Positions 28,001 through 36,467 of a stretch of DNA of 64,000 nt are shown one piece after another. How positions within the stretch are numbered: position 1 is the stretch's first letter; each line of letters begins with the position of its first letter. The translations under genes were made by a program, and so were the position numbers. Origin of the DNA: a virus (lineage: Duplodnaviria > Caudoviricetes); the IMG/VR virus record IMGVR_UViG_3300035516_000188, positions 314 to 64,313 of that record; one strand, 5' to 3'. The notes under the pieces are model-generated. The model had not been told where the DNA came from. It made no database searches and worked only from the letters and a program-made list of their open reading frames with translations.

Positions 28001-29917
28001 GTCTTGAATAATCGCACCCAGTGATACGCGCTGTAACTCAAACTGCGCGGTTACTTCGCGGACGTTCTTCAAGAAACCCATCAACGCACCGAAAGAGGCA
28101 TACACGGCCATACGTCGGATAAGTCTATCGACGTAAGTTTCCTGACGGCGATACTCGTCTGACACTTTCTTTACCGATGCCTCATGCTGCTTGTTTTTTA
28201 CTTCCGCCGTGCCTGTCAGTTCTTTTACCTTTGCTTGGGCTTTTTCAAGCTCAGTCGAAAGTCGCTTGACTTCTTCTGCAATGCGCAAGAACTTAGCGCT
28301 GCCCATGTCGCTGTGCTGCAATCTCTGCTGCTGCACCTGCAACTTAGCGGTAATCGCCGCAACGGTCGTCTCCTGCGCTGCGAGGATTTTTCTGATGCGG
28401 TCGTTCTCTGCGCGTTTCTGCTTGATAGCGTCCAGCTCTGCCTTATGCTGCGCCTTGATACGCGCTTGTTCCTGCTGGCGCTGCTTGATTGTCGCCGTGA
28501 TTTCCTTCTCACGCTGGAGCTGTGCATCTGCCGCAGTCAGCACCATGTCGTTCATCTCCTTCTGTATCTGCTGACGCTGTTTTAGCAAGCTGTTTGCAGC
28601 CGAAGAAAGCGTACCATCGGTGTTGAATACGCCACCGCTCTGACGCAGTTTGTTGAACTGAATTTCAATGTCGTTAAGCTGTTCTCTGTACGCCGTGAGC
28701 TTGGTAACGTTATCGGTAGTGATAACATCTCCGAGGCCTTTGAAAGCCTTCTGCTGAAAGTCTGCCAAACGTTGATTTGCTTTGTCAAGCTCTTCGGCAA
28801 GCCTGCGGATTTCAAGCGCGGTCTTGTTGAACATATCCGAGCCAACCTGCATCGACTGAATGCGCGTGTTGTATATCTGCAACTTCGCCGTGATATTAGC
28901 AATTACATCCTCTTCTGCTTTGAGGGCTTGCGCAATCTTGAACGCTTCTTGCGCTTCTTTTGCAGCTGCGGAACGTCTTTCGTGTGCCGCTTGATTTATC
29001 GCAGCGCGTTTTCTTGCCTCCGCATCTTCGCGAGCCTTTGCCTCCTTCTCTGCGCTTGCCATGTAAGCATTGTAACGCTCAATCTCAGAAGCGCGCATCT
29101 CCGCATTCTGCTTGGCGATGGCGGCTTTCTGCGTGGCAAACTTCTTATCTTCCGCTTGCTGCGTAGCTGCCACCTCGCGCTCTTTCTCAGCCATGTAAGC
29201 ACTATACCTCGCGTCCTCCGCCGCCTGCATCTCCGCATTCTGCTTGGCGATGGCGGCTTTCTGCGTGGCAAACTTCTTATCTTCCGCTTGCTGCGTAGCT
29301 GCCACCTCGCGCTCTTTCTCAGCCATGTAAGCACTATACCTCGCGTCCTCCGCCGCCTGCATCTCCGCATTCTGCTTGGCGATGGCATTGCGTGTGGCTT
29401 GTGCTTTTTTATCTTCCGCTTGCTGCGTTTTCTGAACTTCCTTGTCAGTCTGTGCGAGCCAAGCGTTGTAGCGTTTTAGCTCTGCGTCTGCGGCTTTTTC
29501 GGCTGCTTTTACCTCCTCCTCCGCCGCGCGTTTCGCCTCGCCAGCAATCTTTGAGAGCGACTTTCCGTAGGATGCGAGGGCGGTGGTGATTTCATTGTAG
29601 CGACCAACAATATCACTTCCTCGAGCCGTTAGCTCGCCTCCTCCATCATACTTTTCAGCATTGGATAGGGATTTCCACTCTTTCTCCAGTTCTTTTAATT
29701 TCTCCACCATGCCGCTTATATTCATGGTGTCGAACGCGGACTTAAAGTCTTTGAAAATAGTCGGGTCAAACCCAGCCTTAATCGTTATCGGGTTGTCTCC
29801 AAACGTCTTTTCGAGCCGTTTCAGCACAATCTCCGCGTCCTTCTCCGCTTTCCTTGTACCTGTATCAAAGTCAAACCCAATCGGGAACTCCAAACCACTG
29901 CTTGTTGCCATACGCAA
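22076..29917 (-). CDS. tail tape measure protein
   Basis: 2613 aa, coiled-coil rich; tape-measure domain motif (AFALKSPLKIMDLVTYTKQVAAY...GQVKAAGYL..EIRQ..EAGIP); follows tail chaperone genes. Confidence 0.9.
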   Translation of the reverse strand: MRMATSSGLEFPIGFDFDTGTRKAEKDAEIVLKRLEKTFGDNPITIKAGFDPTIFKDFKSAFDTMNISGMVEKLKELEKEWKSLSNAEKYDGGGELTARGSDIVGRYNEITTALASYGKSLSKIAGEAKRAAEEEVKAAEKAADAELKRYNAWLAQTDKEVQKTQQAEDKKAQATRNAIAKQNAEMQAAEDARYSAYMAEKEREVAATQQAEDKKFATQKAAIAKQNAEMQAAEDARYSAYMAEKEREVAATQQAEDKKFATQKAAIAKQNAEMRASEIERYNAYMASAEKEAKAREDAEARKRAAINQAAHERRSAAAKEAQEAFKIAQALKAEEDVIANITAKLQIYNTRIQSMQVGSDMFNKTALEIRRLAEELDKANQRLADFQQKAFKGLGDVITTDNVTKLTAYREQLNDIEIQFNKLRQSGGVFNTDGTLSSAANSLLKQRQQIQKEMNDMVLTAADAQLQREKEITATIKQRQQEQARIKAQHKAELDAIKQKRAENDRIRKILAAQETTVAAITAKLQVQQQRLQHSDMGSAKFLRIAEEVKRLSTELEKAQAKVKELTGTAEVKNKQHEASVKKVSDEYRRQETYVDRLIRRMAVYASFGALMGFLKNVREVTAQFELQRVSLGAIIQDQTKANSLFADIKAFALKSPLKIMDLVTYTKQVAAYRIETDKLFDTTKRLADVSVGLGVDMQRLVLFYGQVKAAGYLRASEIRQATEAGIPLVELLAEKFTLLEGRTVSAEQVMDRVSKRLVSFGMVEEIFKDMTDAGGMFYNMQEKQSQTLYGMWAKLGDAASIMYNEIGNTAEINSAMKSMIQAISDLMNHWTALASIIQTSTIGFLTYKAAMNGLVPLYNLQSKQAYNDILAQKRHNAEIARKTSLYTKLRLEQVLAIARETELTQAEWEEYIVRNKINSATGIRVARLAKEKRALAEALIAQKIYTREQLAQIQGMNKVQVLAANVQAKFVGLWYTLKKVGTALKTFWPIAVLTAGFELIADYNKASADREAAIKKVNDRYKETQLELDRIEAAYNTLKVATKAATQTEEEFAAANFKDKREQLQQILKILDKFGLKYQIDVSVLDKDNIDEVVDKWIAKLKEVNDLTKKIAMGIALANTEYQGEIMGWAIFGENLAEDMKDLSRSWSKLTVNKDFSDDLERMRVYVDNLKATDLDSYKMLSQRIGVDAKLAISQKRRNESEYQYTKRIIANYNEINRITTAFMNKTFEGGVTMNDFERDLNEVMNEIKKYVDIYSEEEPLTIRMSIDEVAAEQEWEDWKKEAVIEAINKERLRANLEIIPTVNTEAMGAVVEGIKAIITSEFPTLFTENDMRSLNSADEIIAAIAGKLDTAEKSLKAVKIMQNNVTYGSKEYETRLAKVNQLSDEILEIENKRKRVAELQALGGELSVEQNEEMCSLELELKDIGEGVVKTKQAQITALINANSEYDKQIKKVKELAEAEYDAANAAKERVTQLGLSSLAKDVQGTFGGLMINKKEGIIDPDYISRYKISESDLQNTTDVVALYDKWASTTKSIEEDKKKIAAVGINDATIAAEQARLDEEQAEKKKELADTETAINDARFNGVALQYTSLQREMALAVTQDQRERIQENIDRLLGDTNNKEYAALLMKREGLKYALQENVAAIAANKQISDFVEWLNKASDEWAKLGERYNFHLLDNGHGGSGEDPWIILMKNRSAFMKDFQAGVENLNKTMQKNMALGQEQDIMTYRGASLGIDVKTLDGTRQELVDWYDEAIAEVKKRIYKMGGKLWEGLGVQAILAKDTKSRMIKKYQELLQELFNAQTDFRTNKLQKDMESKLKTLSEQIAQSKAAKDFYDKIFEQTHDYSLAANLTLSIYGGTGDDLQREIVEQIQTAFQSNDESVTIPIEQAIDPKTGKVDYSKLLRIYNDYKDKLIEGNKDLAKTLVQNGIKESAAKIQTWYKELEKAKSLEQQETDVIREEQQRRKEIMENTNLSDTEKINLMNLSYDREMQQLSKLDVEIFKNSNDYIKAFGDLEKVSTATIKRVIAKLKELIAAKQGTEDITGLKELVNSLEELQNKLNSRNPFQAMGQSIKEYVNAVKDARTAHRTLLSEQKKFSQARIPIDQKIANLKDDIAAKEEEIQLAETTDGANIEKQLGLTDELLDLKEKLAAAEKELQAAGKGVTDAEQQQSEAEDDKLAAVKKFKESTEASIAFMQGLANSAKSIADAFGVAEDSELGMMIDSWTESLETVNTVLTATLAIVVAIESACWWMLVIAAVVSAVTTMFSYSRKKRLKEYNDEIERQSELLSDLQRAYNNLEDAMNKAFGSDYLTDLEQQRNLLEQEVEAYRKQAEAEKAKGKDMDKSAYNSYIESMKDAQEELDKLETKFSEFLTGNDIGSAATDFAEAWLDAYASFSNTTDAIKSKFKDMINNMVVNSIFSKIMEKQLQPIFDYIDSATVGYEYNEEWWKNLLEMMDEQTTGMVNASDMAARYLEKYGISLRDSDTDLTGISRDIATASEESINGLAAGINTQNYYISYVPYIAEQTAKIVSLLGGNANYDPTVPAISTEYLDLVKLQNEHLAYLPQIAANTQATVDRCERAAVACESMAGLLGKVIKQRGVQTTYVLTTN
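29095..29386. repeat. 132-bp tandem repeat (about 2.2 copies) in the tape measure gene
   Basis: GCATCTCCGCATTCTG recurs at 29095, 29227 and 29359; encodes a 44-aa unit. Confidence 0.9.
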
Positions 29918-29926
29918 TATTTTTTG

Positions 29927-30439
29927 TTAGTTCATTACTATTTTTTGTATCTCTTCCGGGGTTGCGTGGCGCACTTCGCTCGTGCTGCTCGCGCCCTTGC
30001 TTTCCGCGCCTGCCGCACTCGCCTTGCTTGCCGCGTCAGCCTTCCCCAACTCCGTATTAAACCCAAACCGCTTCAAGATGTTACCCATCTCTTCGTTGCT
30101 CTTCGGCTTGTATTCTTCGGGTTTTTTCTTGGGCTTAACCCACTGATAATCGTAGTCGTAATACTGCTTGTCTATCAGCATCATCGCTATCTGATTCTCC
30201 GTGTCAAGATACCAATATCTTAGCCACGCCCAAAGATTGTAGTTCCCGTAGAGCTGCTTGATTCTGTCGTTGTCAGAATCAAACTCGAACATGGCGCTTA
30301 CTTCTTCGCCTCCTCCTTTTTCGGCAAAGCGTCCTCGTCCAACATACTTTCCGCACTCTCCTTTCTCTTTTGCCAGTTTTTGACGCTTTCCCCAACCACG
30401 CTCATAGATTGCACGAGTAGACTGCTTGTAATCTGACAA
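29927..30439 (-). CDS. tail assembly chaperone extension (gpT-like, -1 frame)
   Basis: Overlaps the chaperone ORF in the -1 frame; lies just upstream of the tape measure gene. Confidence 0.6.
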   Translation of the reverse strand: MSDYKQSTRAIYERGWGKRQKLAKEKGECGKYVGRGRFAEKGGGEEVSAMFEFDSDNDRIKQLYGNYNLWAWLRYWYLDTENQIAMMLIDKQYYDYDYQWVKPKKKPEEYKPKSNEEMGNILKRFGFNTELGKADAASKASAAGAESKGASSTSEVRHATPEEIQKIVMN

Positions 30440-30897
30440 TCGGCTAAAAAAAAAGCTATCTGCTTATCTCCGCTTGTACCTGCCGCGTTAATCGCCATGA
30501 TTTCCTCGTCACTGCGGTACATAAGCCAATGCCATGCAATCCAGTACACAAGCGGGACAACCGCCCATAAGCCGAGAATGTAATACGCAGCTGTTTTGGC
30601 GTGCAAAGTGTAGAGTTTGCTGTTTACTCTCTTCGCCTCTTTGAGCGAGATACCTTGCTTATTTTTCTGCTGCCACCAGTACAACTCCGCGTTAAGCTCG
30701 TTGATTTTTCGGCGGGCAAACTTTCTAATCTGTTTTACTTTGTAGACCTTGCCACCCACAGCAACCGTCTGCGGGTTTGCTGTCTGTATTTTATTCTCTG
30801 CCTCAAACATCTGCCTACCAGCCTCAAACAACTTTGCTTGCTCGCGGGCTTCTGTGTCTTGCTGCGACTGTGATTGCTTGTTCGTTTCCATGCTCAT
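30298..30897 (-). CDS. tail assembly chaperone (gpG-like)
   Basis: Between tail tube and tape measure genes; contains slippery sites U9 and G-AAA-AAG. Confidence 0.65.
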   Translation of the reverse strand: MSMETNKQSQSQQDTEAREQAKLFEAGRQMFEAENKIQTANPQTVAVGGKVYKVKQIRKFARRKINELNAELYWWQQKNKQGISLKEAKRVNSKLYTLHAKTAAYYILGLWAVVPLVYWIAWHWLMYRSDEEIMAINAAGTSGDKQIAFFLADCQITSSLLVQSMSVVGESVKNWQKRKESAESMLDEDALPKKEEAKK

Positions 30898-30919
30898 CTT
30901 TTTCTCGTTGTTGTGTAAT

Positions 30920-30952
30920 AAAAAGGGCAGCGGTGAAAATCACCACCGCCCT
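30920..30952 (-). terminator. intrinsic terminator after the major tail gene
   Basis: GGGCGGTGGTG...ACCGCTGCCC stem with G-U pairs, followed by TTTT. Confidence 0.5.
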
Positions 30953-30979
30953 CAAATAACCAATGATGCGTTGCTTAGT

Positions 30980-31573
30980 TTACGCCGTCTCTCCCTCGGT
31001 TTCGTACTTCGGACTGCCGTTGATAATCATGCCAGTCTTGAGGCTCTTGGTGTCTACATACTCTGCCGTAGCCGAGATGTGGATGCGCCACAGCTTGCTG
31101 TCGAGGTTAAAGTTACCGATAATCTTTGCCTTCGGGAACAAAAGCATCTTGTTAGATTCATCGTTCACAACGGCAATCGGCCGAGTGATAACCGGGAGTT
31201 CGGTGCCAAAGCCGATAACGCTCGTAATGTTCTCGATTGTTTCGGTCTTTCCGGCCTCGAATTTGATTTCTTTGCCCTTCAAGAACGTCTCAATCATTTT
31301 GTTGCTCGTAGATGCGATGTCGCAAGAGAAAGCAAGTGTGCCAGTCGACGGGTTGATTACGATAACGTCGCCTTGCTCGTCCTTGATGCTGTCAAGTGAG
31401 GGTTCATCGCCGTCCCAAGAGGTAGAATCCTCGACAATCTGACCGAGAGACGTACCTGCTGCCGTGACTGTTGCAAGCGTCGCAGAATCATAGCTGCTCA
31501 CCTCGTCAAAGAGTACAATGTCGGCTTGACCGTTAAAGACTTCGGTCACAGCCGCGTTTGTAATTGCTGCCAT
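30980..31573 (-). CDS. major tail tube protein
   Basis: 197 aa, beta-rich, canonical position; followed by a terminator. Confidence 0.7.
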   Translation of the reverse strand: MAAITNAAVTEVFNGQADIVLFDEVSSYDSATLATVTAAGTSLGQIVEDSTSWDGDEPSLDSIKDEQGDVIVINPSTGTLAFSCDIASTSNKMIETFLKGKEIKFEAGKTETIENITSVIGFGTELPVITRPIAVVNDESNKMLLFPKAKIIGNFNLDSKLWRIHISATAEYVDTKSLKTGMIINGSPKYETEGETA

Positions 31574-31595
31574 AGTATTAGGTTTTTAGAGTTAA

Positions 31596-32048
31596 TTATT
31601 GATTTGTGCGCCACGTTACGTTAAGTACCGTTGTGGCATAACCAGTCGTAGTGCTGACCGTTGTGGGGGTAATCGGTGTGGGTGTTAGCTCAAAGTAGTA
31701 ATGCAAGCCGTTGTAATCTACCGATTTGCAATGCACCAACGTCTCAACCTGCTTTACCAACTGCTGTATTCTGTATTCTTTTGCAGTGATTGTGTTGTCG
31801 TTGCTTGCCTTGCAAAAAACAGATAGAGCCAAGTTCCCGATAAACAATCCAAGCGGTTTTGTGCGCGACTGTATCTGTCCGTTGTAATAGCACGAGATAA
31901 AATCATCAGCCAAGCCAACATTGGGGCGCTCGTAGTTCGCGTAGACTTTAAGCACGCTGCTCGTAGTCTCCGATGTCTGAACAACGACTTTATCTTTGAG
32001 CAACGACTGCAACGCTTTGTCTGCTTGTATGTCTGATATGTTTGGCAT
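31596..32048 (-). CDS. tail terminator-like protein
   Basis: 150 aa; synteny. Confidence 0.5.
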   Translation of the reverse strand: MPNISDIQADKALQSLLKDKVVVQTSETTSSVLKVYANYERPNVGLADDFISCYYNGQIQSRTKPLGLFIGNLALSVFCKASNDNTITAKEYRIQQLVKQVETLVHCKSVDYNGLHYYFELTPTPITPTTVSTTTGYATTVLNVTWRTNQ

Positions 32049-32101
32049 AACTTTCGCTTGTTTTTAGACCGTGTTTGCTCTTTTTAGCTTGCTTCTTGGG
32101 G

Positions 32102-32680
32102 CTATTCGTAACTGAAACCGATAGGAAACGGAGATTGGATTCTTGATTTGACACGTCCCAACAACCAACTTTCCAGCTTATTGAAGTAGTCAATACCACG
32201 CATTGCAGGAGAACCAACCTCATTTACTCGTTCTGCGTATGGAACTGCGGAAAACAAAACTATCCAAAGCCCTGTTGAGTATTTTGCTACGCCCGCATTT
32301 AAGACTTTTTCCAAGTTTGCAGAGCCGTTAATGTTGATTATTCCAGAACGTCCGCCATTATTCGTCATGTCTTGAAAATCTTCGGCAATCTTCGGCGGTC
32401 TATAAGCATAGAGAATACTGTCAAAATAAACTCCTACGCCAGTAGAATCTCGCATATTGGAAGTATAAATCGGGTATTCTTCATTACCATTAGGAAGCTC
32501 AAAGCACTCTTGTATATGCTCAACTGCTTCATCTGCAATCTCACAAAGGATTTTTGCAATTTGAGGCTTGATTGTTGTCTCTGTGAATCCATTGAGTGCA
32601 ACCTTTATCACCTCGCGATTATGCACCTTCATCGGGGAGTGCCCCGACCGTATTCTTGCAGGAAGTTTTACTCTTCTCAT
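32102..32680 (-). CDS. neck/tail completion protein (HK97 gp10-like)
   Basis: 192 aa; TSNMRDS and AVPYAERVNE motifs; synteny. Confidence 0.5.
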   Translation of the reverse strand: MRRVKLPARIRSGHSPMKVHNREVIKVALNGFTETTIKPQIAKILCEIADEAVEHIQECFELPNGNEEYPIYTSNMRDSTGVGVYFDSILYAYRPPKIAEDFQDMTNNGGRSGIININGSANLEKVLNAGVAKYSTGLWIVLFSAVPYAERVNEVGSPAMRGIDYFNKLESWLLGRVKSRIQSPFPIGFSYE

Positions 32681-32688
32681 ACGCTTGT

Positions 32689-33018
32689 TTATGTTCCCGT
32701 AGCCTTAGTTAGCTCAATTCTCGTGTACTCTTTGCGAGAGAGCGGCATACGAATATCACGCGCAACTTTAACGACACCTTTGAACTCTCGATATTTAACC
32801 GAAAAGCCTTCAACAACATCGTTCTCCTTGACTTCTACGTCGTTGGATGGTAAGTAAACAACATCGTTGCGAGTAACAATCGAAAGCGAAGTCTGACCGC
32901 CTTTCTGATAATTACAAGCACCCTCGTAGACAACATCGCTCGCGAGGTTGCCCCAAGTGTCGTACTCGCCGTTCGGTCGAAGTACCTTGCAACTATCTTC
33001 AAACTTTATTAGCTTCAT
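32689..33018 (-). CDS. head-closure/stopper protein
   Basis: 109 aa, beta-rich; synteny. Confidence 0.5.
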   Translation of the reverse strand: MKLIKFEDSCKVLRPNGEYDTWGNLASDVVYEGACNYQKGGQTSLSIVTRNDVVYLPSNDVEVKENDVVEGFSVKYREFKGVVKVARDIRMPLSRKEYTRIELTKATGT

Positions 33019-33061
33019 ACTCGCATTGTTGTTACTTCATACTCGCTACGCTCCTTACTCG

Positions 33062-33472
33062 TTACCACCCAAACATCGTACCAGCGTCAAACATACCGTT
33101 GTCGTCAGTCGGGTCTACCTCCTTCTCGCACTCAATCTCATCACGGAGACTGTCTGCGAGCTTTCGGTAATAGTCTCTGTCCGCTTGCGTGATTGTATAT
33201 CCGCTTAGTGACGACTTAACATCGCCAATCTGTTCACTCCGAGAACCGCCACTGAATACCCCCGAAACGGAATAGTAGATAGAAGATTCTGCGTATTTAA
33301 GGCTCTTTTGCAAGCTCTCGTCTGCCGCGATTTCTTCAATATCGCCGTCCAAAGCGAGCTTATCCAACTTCGTCGGACGTGCAAAGATTGGCGACAAAGC
33401 CGCACTCTCAATCACGTCGTTATCAAATGGATAACCTGCAACTTTCGACCTCAAATAAGCCTCTACCGTCAT
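33062..33472 (-). CDS. head-tail connector/adaptor
   Basis: 136 aa directly after the capsid gene; RSEQIGDVKSS motif. Confidence 0.55.
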   Translation of the reverse strand: MTVEAYLRSKVAGYPFDNDVIESAALSPIFARPTKLDKLALDGDIEEIAADESLQKSLKYAESSIYYSVSGVFSGGSRSEQIGDVKSSLSGYTITQADRDYYRKLADSLRDEIECEKEVDPTDDNGMFDAGTMFGW

Positions 33473-33499
33473 ACTATTACACTACGTTTAGGTTAGTTT

Positions 33500-33556
33500 G
33501 CGTCGGCGCGCGTGCTTGCACGCACACGTTACTCGCGCTTACTCGCGCGCCGACGC
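33500..33556. other. 13-bp GC stem-loop downstream of the major capsid gene
   Basis: GCGTCGGCGCGCG / CGCGCGCCGACGC. Confidence 0.6.
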
Positions 33557-33570
33557 TTGTTTTATTTATC

Positions 33571-34833
33571 TTATCCCTCCGAGCCAGTAGCTTCGGTCGT
33601 TCCTTCGATTTCGTAGTAGAACATCTTCTTAGGCATCGTGGGGATGGCTAAGAACGAAATTTCCGAGATCCAAGTCTGCTCACGAGTGCGCTTGTCGTAC
33701 AGATACTCCAAGATACCCCAACCACCGAAGATGTTGGTGTAGATGGCAGAAGCATCAGGACGAACGACTTGAACGGGATAGATTGTGCCGATGTTGCCAG
33801 AGGGACGAACAAGAATTACACCGTCGTCGAAAACATCAACCTTTTCGGTCTCAAATTTCTTCGTAGTGGCGTTCAGCTTGTCTACACCGACAATCGTAGT
33901 GTTCACAATCAAGTTGTCAGCACCAATGGCACGAGCAAACCAGTTCTTGATGAACTCGTCGCCCTCCGAGAGATACTTTTCAGTACCAACGGTGAGTGCG
34001 TTGTCATTGTTCTTCGGCACAATCTGCAATTCGGGACGCAAAGAGTAACCGAGCTTTGTCAAGATAGCCGGATGCTCAACAAAAGTGTAGAACGTATTCG
34101 CGTTGGTCTCGACAGTCACGTTCTGATAGCCGTGATACTTATCGAGCTTCAATTCACGAATTTTTCTCTTCAACGTGAGGATCGGGTCGGCTGTCTCAAC
34201 GTAGGTTACGTTGCCGTCCGTGTCTTTCTTGTACCAAGCGTCAGTGACTACGTTCTTTTCGGGAACGCGAGCCTCAAAGTCGATGCCAACCAAGCCACCT
34301 TGATTGTTGTCCGAAGTAAGCGTCAGCTTGCGCTTAGATTTCATCTGACCTACCTGATAAGAAAGCGATGCGTTGTGAGAATCCGGAATCTCCTTCAACG
34401 TGTCAAACAAGTTGTTGAACAGATACTCGCGAACGCTCTGATAAGGAGACTGCCCGGTGAGCTGCCCCATTGTTGCGGCTTTATTTGCAGCAAGCAACTC
34501 GCGCTTGTAGTCATTCTTGCCGCGCACAATCTTGCGACGCTGCGTCGGGATGCTCTGCGAGAGCTTCGTGAGTTCTACCTGCTTACCACGAGCAAGCGGT
34601 TCTGATTCGCTGTCTACATAGGTAGCCATACCACGGAGGTAGTCGCTAATCTCTGCAAACTCGACGTTGGAATCCAACTGAATCTCGCCACGGTTAAAGC
34701 CTTCAATGTTCAAATCGAGAGTTTCACGCCCTGCAAGCGCAGTCTCGTAATAGGCGGTGAGCTTCGAGGTTGAATCCAAGTTCAACTCCCGAGCAATGTT
34801 GTCTAATCCAGACAGAAGAAAATTTGCATCCAT
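33571..34833 (-). CDS. major capsid protein
   Basis: 420 aa after scaffold and decoration genes; followed by a strong hairpin. Confidence 0.8.
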   Translation of the reverse strand: MDANFLLSGLDNIARELNLDSTSKLTAYYETALAGRETLDLNIEGFNRGEIQLDSNVEFAEISDYLRGMATYVDSESEPLARGKQVELTKLSQSIPTQRRKIVRGKNDYKRELLAANKAATMGQLTGQSPYQSVREYLFNNLFDTLKEIPDSHNASLSYQVGQMKSKRKLTLTSDNNQGGLVGIDFEARVPEKNVVTDAWYKKDTDGNVTYVETADPILTLKRKIRELKLDKYHGYQNVTVETNANTFYTFVEHPAILTKLGYSLRPELQIVPKNNDNALTVGTEKYLSEGDEFIKNWFARAIGADNLIVNTTIVGVDKLNATTKKFETEKVDVFDDGVILVRPSGNIGTIYPVQVVRPDASAIYTNIFGGWGILEYLYDKRTREQTWISEISFLAIPTMPKKMFYYEIEGTTEATGSEG

Positions 34834-34836
34834 ACG

Positions 34837-35205
34837 TTAAACCTCCTTTACAAAAACAATTTGAGATAGAGCCTTCTTCTGAGTTGCAGTGATGGTCGGC
34901 TTAATACGAGATTCAAGCAACGTTCCTCTGACAACAATCGTCAAAGAACAAGCCTGCGTGCCCATAACAACGTCTTGATAAGTCAAGCCGAGAGGGGAAG
35001 AGCCGTTTAGTGTAGCTTCGCCGCCGGGCACGTCTACGCTAATCGGAGTAGCAGCAGGAATGACCGTGCCTTCGGGGTAAGTGTCACTAACTTTCAGAAC
35101 AGCACCGCCGGGGTAAAACTCCTCCGTTCTGTCCCAAATGTTAATGCGCTCCGCACCTACGACGGGGTATTCCTTTACTCCAAATGAATTACCTTGATTT
35201 GCCAT
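34837..35205 (-). CDS. head decoration / auxiliary capsid protein
   Basis: 122 aa between scaffold and capsid genes; GTVIPAATPI and VVRGTLLESRI. Confidence 0.6.
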   Translation of the reverse strand: MANQGNSFGVKEYPVVGAERINIWDRTEEFYPGGAVLKVSDTYPEGTVIPAATPISVDVPGGEATLNGSSPLGLTYQDVVMGTQACSLTIVVRGTLLESRIKPTITATQKKALSQIVFVKEV

Positions 35206-35218
35206 AGTTAATTAGGTT

Positions 35219-35947
35219 TTAGTTAGTTTTGTCATCTTTCGGGAGACGACCGGACGCTTGATAAATGCGCTTGATTTCCTCCACGTCAAACTCGTCTGCC
35301 TTGTTGTTGGCTGAACCATCAAGCGGCTTGCTCGTGTCAATACCCTTCTTTGCAACAGCCTTATCGAAGTACCCCATAGCTTTCTTCACAATCTCTTCGG
35401 ATGACATTTTGTTTCCTCCAAGCTCGTAAATCTCCATTGTACGCTCCCAAGCATCATCGGCTTGTTCTGTGTACTTCTTAACGTAGTCGTTGTTTTTGAA
35501 GTTCGTCTGTGCAAGCGCCAAAGCCTCCTTCGCAGTTTTCTCTTCCTTGAAAGCATTGAGCTGCGTAGTGAGCGGTTCTACCGCTTGTTTTACAGCTGCC
35601 GCAATCAACTCCGCCATTGACGGCTCGTTCTGCTGATTGTCTTTCTTGGCAGGTTCTTGATTTTGGTCTTTGTTCGCGGGTTCAGTCAGCTTTCCAGCCT
35701 TGTCCTCCAAATCCTTAATCTTCGCTTCTTGCTCTCGAATACGAGCAGAATACTCCGTTCTCAGCTTGTCTGACTTACTCTGAAATGCTTTGAGAAGCGG
35801 TTCAGCACCTTTTACAAAGTTGCTAATCTCTTCGTCAGTTTTAACATAAGTTGTTCCGAAAGTGGCTACACCTTCCAAAGCCTCTTCACTAAGCTCCAGT
35901 CGTCCCTTGTACTCCTGTCGCAGTGCTTCCGTGATTTTTTGCTTCAT
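35219..35947 (-). CDS. capsid scaffolding protein
   Basis: 242 aa, helical and charged; synteny. Confidence 0.6.
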   Translation of the reverse strand: MKQKITEALRQEYKGRLELSEEALEGVATFGTTYVKTDEEISNFVKGAEPLLKAFQSKSDKLRTEYSARIREQEAKIKDLEDKAGKLTEPANKDQNQEPAKKDNQQNEPSMAELIAAAVKQAVEPLTTQLNAFKEEKTAKEALALAQTNFKNNDYVKKYTEQADDAWERTMEIYELGGNKMSSEEIVKKAMGYFDKAVAKKGIDTSKPLDGSANNKADEFDVEEIKRIYQASGRLPKDDKTN

Positions 35948-35993
35948 AGCTTAGATTTATATTGGTTAATGCTACTCGATTTAGGTAAAAACA

Positions 35994-36033
35994 CATTGAG
36001 CCACCCGCGATATATACCGCGAATGGCTCAATG
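35994..36033. promoter_or_regulatory. RNA hairpin in the leader of the head operon
   Basis: CATTGAGCCA / TGGCTCAATG stem with inner CGCG/CGCG pairing. Confidence 0.45.
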
Positions 36034-36224
36034 ACCTTAATATATATATGGATATGAGAAAGAAGTGACTTCTTGTTTTCCGCTATTATTTGAGGCTTAT
36101 AAGTCCAATAAAAATGTGTTTTTCATGGTATTAGACCATTAATCAAGTCCTCTCTTATTACAACATAACTTTACAATAGCAAAAATTTTTAGAAGAAGAA
36201 TTACCTTTTTATTTTATCCATGCA

Positions 36225-36419
36225 CTATGCGGGTTCAGTCACAATGCGACCATTATGAACTATAACCCTAATTTCTCTGGAACATGATTTACACCATACT
36301 TTGAAGCTGCCTTCAACTTCTTCGGTGACACACAGTAGTTTAGGTTTATGTCCGTGTTTTTCACATTCAGAGCAATACACTCGTTTTGTATTCACGCTTA
36401 TCGTTCTGCTTGTTGCCAC
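36225..36419 (-). CDS. small Zn-ribbon protein (Mu Com-like)
   Basis: CSEC...KLL...VWCKSC pattern; true start probably downstream of 36419. Confidence 0.55.
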   Translation of the reverse strand: MATSRTISVNTKRVYCSECEKHGHKPKLLCVTEEVEGSFKVWCKSCSREIRVIVHNGRIVTEPA

Positions 36420-36467
36420 AAAAATAGCACATAATTACGCACACTCCAAAAAAAATATTTACTTTTG
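36419..36467. promoter_or_regulatory. divergent Bacteroidota -7 elements (head operon leftward, terminase rightward)
   Basis: TATTTTTG on minus 36426-36419; TACTTTTG on plus 36460-36467. Confidence 0.5.

Noticed and set aside
23211-29479. Long plus-strand ORFs opposite the tape measure gene
   Set aside because: These are antisense shadows of a biased coding sequence, with no start context or recognisable motifs.
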